Shown here one piece after another: positions 41,838 to 57,830 of a stretch of 64,000 nt of DNA. Position 1 is the first letter of the stretch. The number at the start of each line of letters is the position of its first letter. Location of the stretch: assembly GCA_964016885.1 (NCBI GenBank), contig OZ024741.1, positions 82,398,001-82,462,000 on the forward strand. The letters are read 5' to 3'. Under the pieces are notes generated by a model that saw only the letters and a list, made by a program, of their open reading frames with translations, was not told the DNA's origin and ran no database searches. Position numbers and translations under genes: made by a program. Origin of the DNA: Eledone cirrhosa. Its lineage: Eukaryota.

Positions 41838-42566
41838 CGGGGTAACAAATAATAGTTAAATTCAGTCCACTTAGGTATAGTCCAGTTATGGTATTCCAGG
41901 TAGTGGATGATATCAACGCTTGGCTTGGTTTGACTCAACAACGCGTTTTCATAGTGATGCTGCCGGTAAGCTGTAATATGTTGTAAACACTTGGAGTAAT
42001 AATAAATCAGGAAAGAAGGTTGACATGGTTTGCTATACAAAAAAGATTTTTAATCTCATAGCTGACAATTGTTTCTCTGAACTGGTAGGTCTTGAGATCA
42101 CTATTCGCTTGTTTTCACGTTACTCGATCGCCAATATAAAATTATAACCAGTCAGTTCTTCGGAGCATGCCACAATGAAGAGAATACACAGGCAAGAAAA
42201 GAATATACAGGCTACTATATGAAGTAGTAATGGCATTCAGTTAGAACAATAACAACAATTACAACAATGCTATTAATAAATTATTTGACGAGACCCTGAC
42301 ATTACTTAGGTGGGGGGTATGGTGTATCTAAGATTTCGGTGGGTAAAACTAGCTGTCATGAGGCAGAAGTAAAAGTTTGGCATGTACAGAGTATCGTAGT
42401 GTGTATCAATTTTAAATGTTAAAGATAAGCCAGTGTTTACAGTCTTTCTTTTCATCTTCAATAACATACATGAGTGGGACAACACTTTCAAAGCTAAATA
42501 GTGGGTGATTTAATACAGAGGTTAAGGAGGTAATATACACATATATTTATACATACACACACACAT

Positions 42567-42603
<37 letters not shown>

Positions 42604-42674
42604 CACATGCATGTGTACATAGACACATACATACACATCAATATACACTCGTACAAAAATATACATACAGGGTA

Positions 42675-45382
<2,708 letters not shown>

Positions 45383-45383
45383 C

Positions 45384-46187
45384 TCCAAAATTAAGATATA
45401 TTAAATGAATTTAATCTAAATCAAAATCATGGGTGTCATGCCAGAAAAGCATGCGCCATATCACCCGGAAAATAAGCTCTAATATTCTAACGAGTAGGTC
45501 CGAGCATTTTATAATAACTAGAAATTGATTAACATATAAATAAACATGAATAATCACAGGAGATAATTTTTACAAGTGTGTAACCACACATAGCTAGGTA
45601 GGTAACTAAATAAAGTTGACCAGAACTTCAAAAATAGATACCTTATAATATGATTAATCTTCCCTGTATATATTCCATTAAAGAAACATATTTCACCAAT
45701 TAAACGGATGGTAAACCCCGGAAGTGGGGACTTGGATTTTCAACAAGGAAGAAGTTCCAGCATTCCGTGTTTACACTTCAAGTTCAAATCTGCGACTGGC
45801 CATCACCACGTGTTGTATTAACTAGTAATACACACATCATAGTAGCTTCGTCCCAGTGGCGTGAATAGGGTTATCGACAACTAGAAACATCAGTCGAGTC
45901 CTTTCAATAGAGTTAGCTCTACAATTAAGGAGCCGTATTTATATATCTTTATCCAAAATTAAGATAGATTAAATGAATTTAATCTAAATCAAAATTAAGG
46001 GTGTCACGCCAGAAAGGCATGCGCCATATCACCCGGAAAGTAAGCTCTATGATTCTAACGAGTAGGTCCGAGCATTTTATAATAACTAGAAATTGATTAA
46101 AATATAAATAAACATGAATAATCAGAGGAGATAATTTTTACAAGTGTGTAACCACACATATCTAGGTAAGTAACTAAATAAAGTTGA
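45384..46187. repeat. Two ~235-bp direct repeats (45384-45619, 45953-46187) around a ~330-bp spacer
   Basis: The copies align by eye with few mismatches. Confidence 0.85.
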
Positions 46188-46226
46188 TTTAAATCCAAAT
46201 TTATCCTTGTTAAGATCCGATGTTTG

Positions 46227-49200
46227 GCGATACATAGGTATTCCGTCTGTTACAGAAACATATGTCAATACCTAATAAATTCCTTTATAAAAGCACTTTC
46301 ATTTTATATTCATCTTTTCTATATTTTCTCCGGAATATAATTTATACTCGTTGAGCAAACCTACATGTACGCTGTTCATCTTTAACGTGACGATATATTA
46401 TCACTACATTATTGATAACTTGAAATTTTAATAATCTCCTATGCAGTTGAGCACCTAATTCAGCATACGTCTCTAAAATGGAAAGGCACCAATTGGATAT
46501 GTCGTTAAAAAACATACCTATTCAGGCAAAAAAGGAATATATTCTAGGTATGATACGAAGGACCAATGATTTTATTCGACGAATCAGATGGAAAACATTC
46601 CATTTGGACAAAAGCCGTATAAACCAAACATCGGATTTTAACAAGGATAATTTGGATTTTAATCTTACAAAAACCCACCCTCAAACCCACTTTTGGATTC
46701 ATTTGAACAAGACCTAATGGATACGATCATAGAGATCAAATTTACAAAACAGAAAAACAATAAACTACAAAATGACATCACGGCACTGCTCAATAATCTA
46801 AAAAACGCCAATGGAATTATTGTTAGAGCAGACAAAACATCAAACGTATATACCATGGATGTGGACACTCACAATAACTTCATCCCTAAGAAATTGCATA
46901 AAAAATGCAAGAAAACTAATGAAGCTACACTTAAAAATATCAACAACTCGGCATGTGAAATTGTGAAAAAACTTTGTATTGACGATAGAAGGCAACCCTT
47001 AACACCAGCTACACCATCCTTCAACCTGAAGGACCACAAGGTAAACTTCGATACTGACCCTAAAATTAGACTTATATGCCCCTATCTGATACAGGCAAAA
47101 TTAGCAAATATATACTAAACAGAATTATCCCCCAAGTTAAGGCTAAACTATGGGGTAACACCTATGAGGCAATAAGATGGTTTATAGCATTACTGATAAG
47201 AAGAAATCAAAATTTATTCAGTTCGATATTGATGAGTATTACTCCTCAATCTTACCTGATACTCTGCATGAAGCTCTTTCGTTCGCTAAGGCTAATTCTG
47301 ACCTTACGGATGATGAAATTAGTATTATTATGGAAGCGAGGAAAACTATTGTTAAATTTGATGATAGCTACTGGGTTCGCAAAGATAGACCTTCTAATTT
47401 TGATATAATTATGGGTTCCAATGATTCGGCGGAAGTAACTGATCTTGTGGGAATTTATATCACCCACAGACTACAAGGAACATTTAAGGATCTCCACGGT
47501 GGACTCTACCGTGACGATGCGCTCCTATTAGTTAAGCATATGAATAACCAGAATCTAGAAAGGATGCGTAAAAATATTAGAAAGCTTTTTAAGGAACTAG
47601 GATTAAATATTACGTTTGAATATAACCTCAAAGGGGTTAATTTCCTTGATGTTACTTTGAATCTCAACACTGAAACGATTAAACCGTTCCATAAACTAAA
47701 TGAGAACCTTAAATATGTAAATACGGGTTCTAACCATCCACCCTCTATAATTAAATCCGTCCCTAGAAATATTTCCCTGAGAATCTCCCGCCTGTCTTCC
47801 AACCAGCAAACCTTCAAAGAACATGACGAATATTATGATGATGCACTTAGGAAGGCTGGGCACCTAGATAACATAGAGTATATAGTCGACGATCACCAAA
47901 ACACCCAAAATAAATCTCATAGAGGTAGAAATAGCATATAATCACCACCATACATACACTACCGCAATAGACACACTAATAGTCGCACACCACCAAACAG
48001 AAGGCGATGTAAAGAGTATATATGGTACAATCCGGTCTATAACAACTCTATTAAAACCAATCAACCCTCACAATTCTTTCGATTAGTTAAAAAAACATTT
48101 TCCAACATCACATAAATATAATAAAATCTTAAACCCTAACACTATTCGACTTTCATATTCAACCGCCCCTGATATTGAACTACATATAAAAAAGCTTAAC
48201 GCAAAACGGTTGTATAAACGCCTTTCAACACATAACAATACACGTTAAACATCGGCTATAACATCACAAAACAACAAACAACATCCCGTCCTGCCTAAGC
48301 AACCTCATCCACCCATCAATAGTAATACAACATAGCAAAATTATAACTGTAACTGTGTCCAACTAGGAATGTGTCCGTTGAACAATCAGTGTCTTGAACG
48401 CAACATCATATACAAATTTACTATCGAATCGGGTAGCCAGAAGTGGTACTTTGTGGGGTCTACAGTTACCTCCTTCAAATCTCGCCTTTATAGACATCTT
48501 TACTCTATAAAACATGAACACCAGCGTCATGTAACAACACTCGCAGACAAGGCTTGGCAGCTGCGCGAAAAATAACCAACAATTTAACCTAAAATGGGAT
48601 ATAATAGCGCTGCCCCTGCATATTTCCAAGGACAGGAATTTTGTAAGTTGTGTAATATGAAATTATTTTGTATTATGAAATCCAAAAATATTTTATTAAA
48701 TAACAGAATAGAGCGATCGTTATACTGTAACCATCGCTTGAAATCTACAGATTCATATTACAAACGCTACCAGGATTGTACGCTTGTCTCCATCTCCGTT
48801 AGATTGTCAAAATACATATTAACATTCTCTATTAGTCTTAATTCTATCAACTCTTCTATTCTTTACCATTTAAAATAAACTGCTATAGATGAGTTTAGAA
48901 GCATTGTTGTTATACAGTAGCAGTGAAAATCTCCCTCCTCCTTAATTGACACTATATATCTGTATAAATACTACTACACCAAATGACCAGCCCTGTCCAT
49001 TGTTCAATTGGTCAAATATAGATTAAAATAGGCACTTCCAAAAATTCTTATTTAGATAAAATAAGCCATATACTCATTGTATTCTCATTAAAAACCTTCT
49101 ATATAAATGTTTACCAGCAAATTGAATTATCATCTGTCATATACTATACCCTCTCTTCTTCCTTTCTTACAACTAATATAAATACTTCAATTTTTCTGAT

Positions 49201-49381
49201 TTTTTCCAATTTATCCAATATCTCTGAAGAAGTGACAACTGATTATATATTTGCTATCGAATACTTGCTAACATTATATGATTAAGCAAGCAGCGATACA
49301 TAGGTATTACGTCTGTTACAGAAACATATGTCAATAACTAATAAATTCCTTTATAAAAGCACTTTCATTTTATATTCATCT
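46227..49381 (+). mobile_element. Near full-length Penelope-like element with 89-bp direct terminal repeat (partial pLTR)
   Basis: 46227-46315 matches 49293-49381. Disrupted ORF from ATG 46478 to ~48780: SLKNIP, ADKTSN, LKDHK, FIQFDIDEYYSSI, MGSNDSAE, GLYRDD, SNHPP, CNC..CP, GIY-YIG-like IYKF/YFVG, CKLC. Confidence 0.9.
49221..49336 (+). ncRNA. Degenerate hammerhead with long stem II in the 3' pLTR
   Basis: CTGAAGA (49224) a GTGACA...TGTTAC a GAAA CATATG TC; stem III palindrome ACATATGT; stem I pairs poorly. Confidence 0.5.
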
Positions 49382-49442
<61 letters not shown>

Positions 49443-49444
<2 letters not shown>

Positions 49445-49850
49445 AAGGCGGGTAAAATTCCCGAGATCCATGGACGAGTTCTCTCCAGCGGTCTCTGTCC
49501 CTCACTATCGCTGCCATATCCTGCATCTCCAACAGACCAGTGTCTGTCCTTAGGGCATCAACATATGTTAACCTTGGTCTTCCTCTTCTAGTGTGTCCAT
49601 GTAGGGGCTCCCAAAGGAGCACTGAGTGCAATGTCAACTCTGGATGTCGGTGAGCATGTCCAGCCAACCTCAGTCTCCTCTGTGTCACTTTTGAGCTGAC
49701 TTTTGTGATGCTCCCATACAGCTCTGAGTTTTTCATCCTCAGTGTATACTGATTAATGTTCAGAGCCAACCTCAGCATTCTCGTGTAGCACCCATCCACC
49801 ATCTGAGTGAGTCTCTTGGTTATTGTCCAAGTCTCAGACCCATACAGCAT
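49443..49850 (-). mobile_element. RTE-like LINE 3' fragment, open 135-aa frame, in (TA)n
   Basis: LYGSETW, RRLRLAGH, RRGRP...DRDRW: C-terminus typical of RTE-group ORF2. Confidence 0.88.
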
Positions 49851-50028
49851 GTATATATATATATATTGTATATATATATATATATATATATATAAGCAAG
49901 ATGTATGGTAGGTCGTACGTGAATCGCGATGATCACGCCTGGCCTACCAAATATGCCACGGTAGCTAGTTAAGCTCTATGCGTATAAGCAGAGCAGAAAT
50001 ATTAATAAAAATCAACAAAGGAATTTAT

Positions 50029-50075
50029 TGCCGACAACTGTTTCGTCCGACCATATCGTGGGACTTTTCAAGGCA
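50029..50075 (-). ncRNA. Minimal hammerhead, U3-A8 variant (left arm)
   Basis: TGCC TTGAAAA GTCC-12nt-GGAC GAAA CAGTTG TC GGCA, then AATAAA. Confidence 0.75.
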
Positions 50076-51190
50076 TATAACAGCTGAATGTAAGTTCATT
50101 ATTTACATCAACGTTTCACTCAAGATTAGAAGTTTGAAATTGTGGTATACATCAACAGCTCCGCATGTATATTTGGGGTCTATATTCTAAGGGGGCTCTT
50201 TTATATTAGTTGTAGGTGTTGTAAACCCCCGCCCAAATAGATGCCCCTCCCCATTCTCACCCATTTATTTCTTTTGAGTTAGTTCTTTATTAATAGTGGT
50301 TTTTTTGAGTTAGTTCTTTATTAATAGGGATTTTTTTGTATATTACCACGGTTAACATAATGGGCTTGGAGAGTTGACTCCCTTGATGTCTGACCACTCG
50401 ATAAGTTAGGGGTTGTGCCCGTTGAGCAGGGGTCAATCTAGCTGGTCTACCTGCTGTTTGCTACTACCCGAGACTGGACATGGTCTTAGCCACAGGCCAG
50501 TGCGTGCGCGATAGCATGGAATATATATTTTCTGCTAGTCACCCCGAGTAATATGATACCCCAAGATTCCATTCACCGAAGCATGCGCAGACTTAACCGG
50601 GAGATGACATGCGAATTTGAAAATACCACAAGAGAGACCCTTTGGATAGCGTAGACGCCGGACCATACCCGCAAATATATACCCTGATCTGTCTTGAATA
50701 TACATGGCTGACGGAATATGGATAACACGACCACCATCTAAGCTAGAACCGACCCCTACGACAAGCAAGGAGGGGACAGCCCTTGGCATTTGACCTGTCG
50801 CGTCTGTGCTTGGAGTTCGTGAGAGGAGGGGATATTAGCGAGTGACGCAATATACCACCCCAGTCAAGTCCATACTGGACTTTTTTTACCAATATATCAT
50901 GTACACCAATACATCCTATACAGCGAGACGTTGGATTTAGAACCGGCAGGCTGATCTATCGCAAACGCGTGCAATCCCCGAAACTAAAAGATCGAACGGA
51001 CCACACCCTGCGACCACTAGCTATTCGAACCACAGGTCTATTTCCCAGAGAGTCCACACAGCTGATAGTGAATCACAGTTGATTCGTGAACTCTGAACTT
51101 TTAAACAAGACCAACTGTGCCTGGAGCTATGCAGATGAGTACATGCGCACAATGGATATCGCACCCACAAAGTCACCTGTATTGTTCATC

Positions 51191-51444
51191 TTGCTGTATG
51201 TGTGTAAAGTATCCGTGCGTGGGGTATCCCTGAGTGAATTTACATGACTATTAATTGTTTATTGATTGTTTGTTAATTGGGCAGGAATATATCATTATGT
51301 CTTTGTTAACCCTATGTGTTGCTGTATGTGTGTAAAGTATCCGAGCGTGGGATATCCCTTTGCAAATTTTGCTTGACTGTTAATTGTTTATTGATTGTTT
51401 GTTAATTAGGCAGGAATATATTATTATGTCTTTGTTAATCCTAT
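51191..51444. repeat. Tandem duplication, 128-bp unit
   Basis: TTGCTGTATGTGTGTAAAGTATCC starts at 51191 and 51319. Confidence 0.9.
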
Positions 51445-52556
51445 ATTAATAATTTTATAATAATTTTTTGATAGAACATTATTAGATTACTGAAGCTACC
51501 TTATACCTTCTTAAAAATACATTTTATAGTTATTGTCTTTTTGCTTATATATTTTCTTACTTATCATTTTCTTTAATCTTGCCCAACTTGATAAGCTCTT
51601 TGAATTGCTCCCTAATTAGATTACGTAAATTACTTAAATTACTTTATCTATTATACCTAAGTTGTATCTGTTGAAGCAGCCCATCGAAAATCACTCGGAT
51701 CTCCCAAATCCCGTAATTTTTAACTTTTAATTTGTAATTTTCCTCAATTCATTTATATATATATCTTTAATGGCTCTCTAAAATTTTAATTCCTTGAAGG
51801 TTCTTTCGGAAGAGGTTCTATTAAAAATTTTAAACTGAGGGAATTTTTTGAAGGCTTTTTGAATTAACCTTTAATTTATTAGTTTCTTTCAACTATTTAT
51901 TTTTTAATTTTTAAAATTAAATTTAATGTTCAACCCCTTAATCGTTAATTTTTAACCATGGATATATAAGATTGCTTAATCTTAAATTCATTACATTTTT
52001 TAATTTCGGGGTTTGGAACTCTTAAAATTCAAATCCTAACTTAAATCTTAATATTTATATTATGTACTCCCTAAATCATTAACTTTATTAACTTGTTAAA
52101 TCTTATTGAAAGTTCTTTTCCCTAATTTTTAATTTTAAATTTTAAATCTGAGTTTAGAACTTTAGTAGGGATTATCAAAACTTCGTAAATTTTCTGAAAT
52201 TTTTTAACAAGATCTCTTAGAAAATTTTTTTTTTCTTTTGAAGAAATTTTTTACGAAACTTTATATTTTTATTTTTTTATTTTTTTAGTCTCTTAATCTC
52301 TTCTGGTTTGTTAGGTTTATTGGGGCTTATAAGCTTTATGCACTTATTGAGGGATTTTTAAGGTGCTTCTACGAGATCCCAAGTCTTTTACTTTTAATGC
52401 GTAACTTATATAACTCCTACAACTAATATAAAAGAGGCCCCTTAGAATATAGACCCCAAATATACATGCGGAGCTGTTGATGTATACCACAATGTCAAAC
52501 TGCTGATCTTGAGTGAAACGTTGATGTAAATAATGAACTTACAATCACCTGGTATA

Positions 52557-52603
52557 TGCCTTGAAAAGTCCCACCATACGGTCGGACGAAACGGCTGTCG
52601 GCA
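52557..52603 (+). ncRNA. Minimal hammerhead, U3-A8 variant (right arm)
   Basis: TGCC TTGAAAA GTCC-12nt-GGAC GAAA CGGCTG TC GGCA, then AATAAA. Confidence 0.75.
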
Positions 52604-52650
52604 ATAAACTTGTTATAATGTCATAATAGTTCCTTTGTTCATTTTCATTA

Positions 52651-52700
<50 letters not shown>

Positions 52701-52748
52701 ATATATATATACATATATGTATATATATATACATATACATTCATATAC

Positions 52749-52832
<84 letters not shown>

Positions 52833-52890
52833 ATATATACATATTTTTATATATATACATATACATATATATACATAACATATATATATA

Positions 52891-53444
52891 CATACATGCA
52901 CACATATATATATGTACGCATGGATTCACCGAAGATTTAATATAATGCTCGGTGTTTGTAAACAAACATCCCGTATTAAGCCGTAGTGTCTAGCAACCAT
53001 CTTTGCTCGTTTGTTCAACACTGACAAAGGAACGCTGTACTAGTTTCAAGCTTATTAGCTATCGTCAGCAACGTATACCTTCCTGCCAGATTGTTGAACG
53101 TATACACTTAACTTATGCATATTAACGGCTGAGTAGCCAATTTGCATATCGAGTCAGTTAATCCGCCGGGTGCCCCGAAAACGATAAACGGAAAAAATGA
53201 AACGAAATTTCATTTCCCACTCTTAGCACGGCTGTTACTTAAATATAAGTATGTACACGTACATACATATATGTATACAGACCTACAGTAGTATGTATAT
53301 ATATATACATACATGCACACATATATATATATGTACGTATGGATTCACCGAACATTTATTATAATGCTCGGTGTGTTTGTAAACACACATCCCGTATTAA
53401 GCCGTAGTCTCCAGCTACCATCGTTGCTCGCTTGTTCAACACTG

Positions 53445-53448
<4 letters not shown>
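52891..53448 (-). mobile_element. Retrozyme-like non-coding tandem repeat, ~420-bp unit, ~1.3 copies
   Basis: GGATTCACCGAA at 52922 and 53341; homologous to 60530-61317; contains a hammerhead. Confidence 0.75.
53032..53074 (-). ncRNA. Type I hammerhead ribozyme
   Basis: ACGTTG CTGACGA TAGCT-AATA-AGCTT GAAA CTAG TA CAGCGT. Confidence 0.8.
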
Positions 53449-53479
<31 letters not shown>

Positions 53480-53484
<5 letters not shown>

Positions 53485-53660
53485 AACCAGTAAGACCCCG
53501 ACAGCTGAGCTCAAGCCGTTTCGACGGCTAATTCGCCGTCGAAACGGCTTGAGCTCAGCTGTCGGGGTCTTACTGGTTCCTATTACCCACTCTACTACCT
53601 CAAGTATTGAGTACTTTGGTGCGTTTTGGTCCACCTGGTTCCTTACAACATTTCCTTCGT

Positions 53661-53661
<1 letters not shown>
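53480..53661. repeat. Perfect 49-bp-arm hairpin at the end of a pLTR-like repeat
   Basis: Arms 53480-53528 and 53535-53583, loop TAATTC; the right arm continues to ~53661; (TA)n on both sides. Confidence 0.9.
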
Positions 53662-53701
<40 letters not shown>

Positions 53702-54022
53702 TGTAACTTTTGATTTTTAATTGTAATTTTAATGTTGGTAAAGGTATATTATTATAATGTATTATGTTATATTACATTGTGTTATATATAATTCCTGCTC
53801 TATATAACCACATTTGTTTAGCTTTAGGTTAGTTGCTTTGGACTATATTTGTAATATGGTTCTTAATGTTATATACATCCTTAGTTATTCTTATTATATA
53901 TTTTTATTATTTTTATTTTTATTTTTATTATATATTTTTGCAAGACTTTAGTGTATGTACACTCCATATTCTTCGGAGCTTCCGGCTTGTATCTGCCGAT
54001 ATTACTTCTTGTTGTTTTGATT

Positions 54023-54060
54023 GCCCTGATGAGTCCTTAATAGGACGAAACATTGTCGGC
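54023..54060 (+). ncRNA. Canonical minimal type I hammerhead ribozyme
   Basis: GCC CTGATGA GTCCT-TAAT-AGGAC GAAA CATTG TC GGC; all core nucleotides intact, GUC site at 54055-54057, AATAAA at 54062. Confidence 0.87.
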
Positions 54061-54083
54061 TAATAAAAACTTTTGATGTATTA

Positions 54084-54202
54084 AAGAGAGCGGATATGAT
54101 TTCATTGCTGGCACGGTGATAGTGGCCAGCAAATTGAGCTCTCCGAGATTTTAGAAGGGCAGAGGCTCGAGGGAGTTTGCCATAGATTTTAGACAAGGTG
54201 GG
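54084..54202 (-). mobile_element. Inverted partial duplicate of the RTE fragment at 54617-54735
   Basis: Reverse complement, one mismatch seen, same 5' breakpoint. Confidence 0.9.
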
Positions 54203-54238
54203 ATATATATATACATATATATATATACATGTATATAC

Positions 54239-54359
<121 letters not shown>

Positions 54360-54370
54360 CATGTATATAC

Positions 54371-54562
<192 letters not shown>

Positions 54563-54616
54563 GTATATATATATATGTATATATATGTATATATATATAT
54601 GTATATATATATATAT

Positions 54617-54915
54617 CCCACCTTGTCTAAAATCTATGGCAAACTCCCTCGAGCCTCTGCCCTTCTAAAATCTCGGAGAGCTCAATTTGCTGGCCACTGT
54701 CACCGTGCCAGCAATGAAATCATATCCGCTCTCTTGCTCTGGAACCCTGACTCCAGCCTGACTAGGAGTAGGAAGCTGTCATTACCTGACGTTATCTCTC
54801 GGGATACGGGAATCAGTAGACAGGACCTAGGGGCAGCGATGGGGGACAGGGAATTGGAGCATGAGAGTGAGATCCATCATCTCGACAGTAGTCGACGAGT
54901 GATGATGGTGATGAT
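54617..54915 (+). mobile_element. RTE-like LINE 3' fragment (second family), (GAT)n tail
   Basis: IYGKLPRAS...[11 protein letters not shown]...LLLW...DVISRDTG...MGDRE. Confidence 0.82.
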
Positions 54916-54946
54916 ATATATATATATGTATATATATATATTAATG

Positions 54947-55035
<89 letters not shown>

Positions 55036-55162
55036 GTATATATATGTATATATATAAATATATATGTATATATATGTATATATATAAATATATATGTATA
55101 TATATAAATATATATGTATATATATCTAAATATATATGTATATATATCTAAATATATATGTA

Positions 55163-55193
<31 letters not shown>

Positions 55194-55206
55194 ATATATA
55201 TGTATG

Positions 55207-55291
<85 letters not shown>

Positions 55292-55292
55292 G

Positions 55293-55326
<34 letters not shown>

Positions 55327-55518
55327 TATATGTGTGTTTGTGTGTGTGTGTGTGTGTGTTGTGCAAATAATTGGTAATTAATTCTTTCGGATTAATTTAT
55401 TGTGTCTCCACATGGTAGTACCATTATTCCCTGTATGGAAACAAACGTAGAAATTATAGAATGGATTTAAGTTAACCTTGTGTTTTTTCTTCATTATAGA
55501 TACATATATACATACATA

Positions 55519-55736
55519 CATGGTGGCTGCCAACTCGTTTTCGAGTACGGCCACTACTTTATATCCATGTAGGAGAACCCCTACCGATTCGCTGAACGAG
55601 TGTGACGTGTTAGTCCAGCCAGCGACTTGAAACTCTGATACAAACATTACACCTGTGACAATTATTGACACATAGTGCTGGGCCCATGTTACCATGTGAC
55701 GACAAGCGCAGAGAGATCTCCAGATATAAAGCAATG
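55519..55736 (+). repeat. Interspersed ~217-bp repeat, copy A
   Basis: Reverse complement of 60113-60329. Confidence 0.85.
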
Positions 55737-56071
55737 CCTGTGCCGTGAAGCTTTTATAGTGAGCAAAGGCACTGCATAAAGCCAGTCCCACTCTCTTAAC
55801 CAAGATGATATTTACCGAAAAGAAGAAAAAGCAACATCATTGGATACCATCAGGGCTGCAGGTGTTATATCAGAGTCTTTCTTCTCCTAGAATTCTGCCA
55901 TGACAAAGGCTAAGGGGTCATCACTCTTGGTGATTTTGGATGGCCATTCACTCTTAAGCGCTCCTTTGCCCTTTGACAGGTTTTGTTTTTAGTCCCGCAG
56001 GATGTCCTAAGTCACCTCACCAAGAAACCTTGGTGGGGTTGCCAGTTTAGTTGCCAACGACCCGACCATGA

Positions 56072-56447
56072 GACATACGTATATACATACATATATACAT
56101 ACATACACATACATATATACATACATACGTACATACACACACACACACATACATATATACATATATACATATATACATATATATACATACATACATGCAC
56201 ACATATATACATACATACATATATTCATATACATACATACACACATATATATATACATACATACATATATATACATACATACATACACACATACATACAC
56301 ATACATATATATTTACATACATATATATATACATATACATACATACATACATACTTATATACATACATATATATATACATATACATACACATACATACAT
56401 ACATACGTACGTACGTGTGTATGTGTGCGTGTGTGTGTGTGCGTGTG

Positions 56448-56479
<32 letters not shown>

Positions 56480-56500
56480 TGCGTTAGTGCGTGCGTGTGT
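56072..56500. repeat. (CATA)n/(GT)n/(GCGT)n compound microsatellite
   Basis: Visible. Confidence 0.95.
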
Positions 56501-57174
56501 TGATGGGTCGAGGCAGAAGAAATAGAAAGATAGGAATATAGAAACAAATAGAAATAGAGATGTTAATAAACTAGAGTGTTAGAGAGAAAGCAGAATACAT
56601 TACTGGGTTGCCAGAAATTTGACCGGCAAACTGATGGACAGAAGAATGTAGCTAGAAAGGAAATCCGCCATATCGTTTTAGGGAATTTGGCTTTTACGCA
56701 AACCAATATTCATACCACCTCCTCTAGTGTTTACATATCCGTATTATATCGAATGTAAGGTTGTATGATACAATATTTTATATTGTGAATTGGTTGAGTC
56801 TTCAGAGTATTGGACGGATGTCCACGTGACGCTTAGGTAGGGATGTATGTGTTCTGTGTTCTACATTGTTTTCACCTCTTCTGAGCTCAATTCAGTCGAC
56901 TGATACAGTCATGAAACCCTCTACGAAGATGAGATTAATAGGTAATTATGTCGAGTCTTTTCATGTGACCTATATTGGGCATGTGCCCGTCAATATATAG
57001 GTACACACTAATGGAAGTACGGAGCCCCTGATATTGCTGCAATCTGTGTCTAATGAAAGCTTCCGCTCGAAACTAACGCTTATGATTTTCTCATCCCCAT
57101 TGAGATTATTACATTTATGCCCTTTCTACTTTATAGCACATACAATTACAGATTTTTTATTTCATCTTATTTTT

Positions 57175-57830
57175 TTGTCCATTTGCTGAAACAGATGCTC
57201 ATCGAACTTGGGTTGATGAAAAATTTCATGAGAGATGTAGACAAGACAAGACAGGCTCTCCATTACCTTCGAAGGAAATTTCCAAAACCAAGTGAAACGA
57301 CAATTAAAAAGCGCGTGTTTGTCGAGCCTTCAATTCGTGAATTCTTACATGACGATGAATTTGACCGAAGCCTTTCGGAAAAATGCTTGCCTCAATTTAC
57401 GACTAGTGTCGCAACATCTAGGAAAGCACAGAGCGGAAAACTACTAGGAGCATCTGCGAAATGTATTGCTTTCCTTCCAGTAACTAGGCTCTAATATGTC
57501 CTTTAAGATACACTTACGTCATTCACATTTAGACTTTTCCATGAAATTGTGTTGTGTGGGGCGTCGAACACAGAGAGCGTTTTCATCATGATATTGTAGC
57601 CATGGAAAAACGGTAACTATTGGCCAGTTAGAAGGGATGGAACAGAAATTGAATACGAGAGGCGACTAAAAATCGCTGTGTAATCAACACGAAATTACTG
57701 TCATTTTTGTGTCATTGTCACTTATTTGCAGATCATATAATCTCAAATACCTAAAATCAGTAGACCTAAACATTTAACTATTTTATGATTTGCTTGTTCA
57801 GTGCCCAAAATTGCATAACGAAGTAATATT
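57175..57830 (+). pseudogene. Decayed DNA-transposon transposase C-terminus, Chapaev3-like
   Basis: IELGLMKNF, YLRRKFP, KAENY, NMSFKIHLRHSHLDF, EHRERFHHDI..MEKR across frames; family assignment from remembered motifs. Confidence 0.65.

Larger units (their letters stand above)
49999..52654. mobile_element. 2.65-kb element bounded by ~220-bp inverted repeats, each carrying a hammerhead
   Basis: 49999-50221 is the reverse complement of 52411-52654 (the right arm has a ~21-bp insertion); no long internal ORF. Confidence 0.8.
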
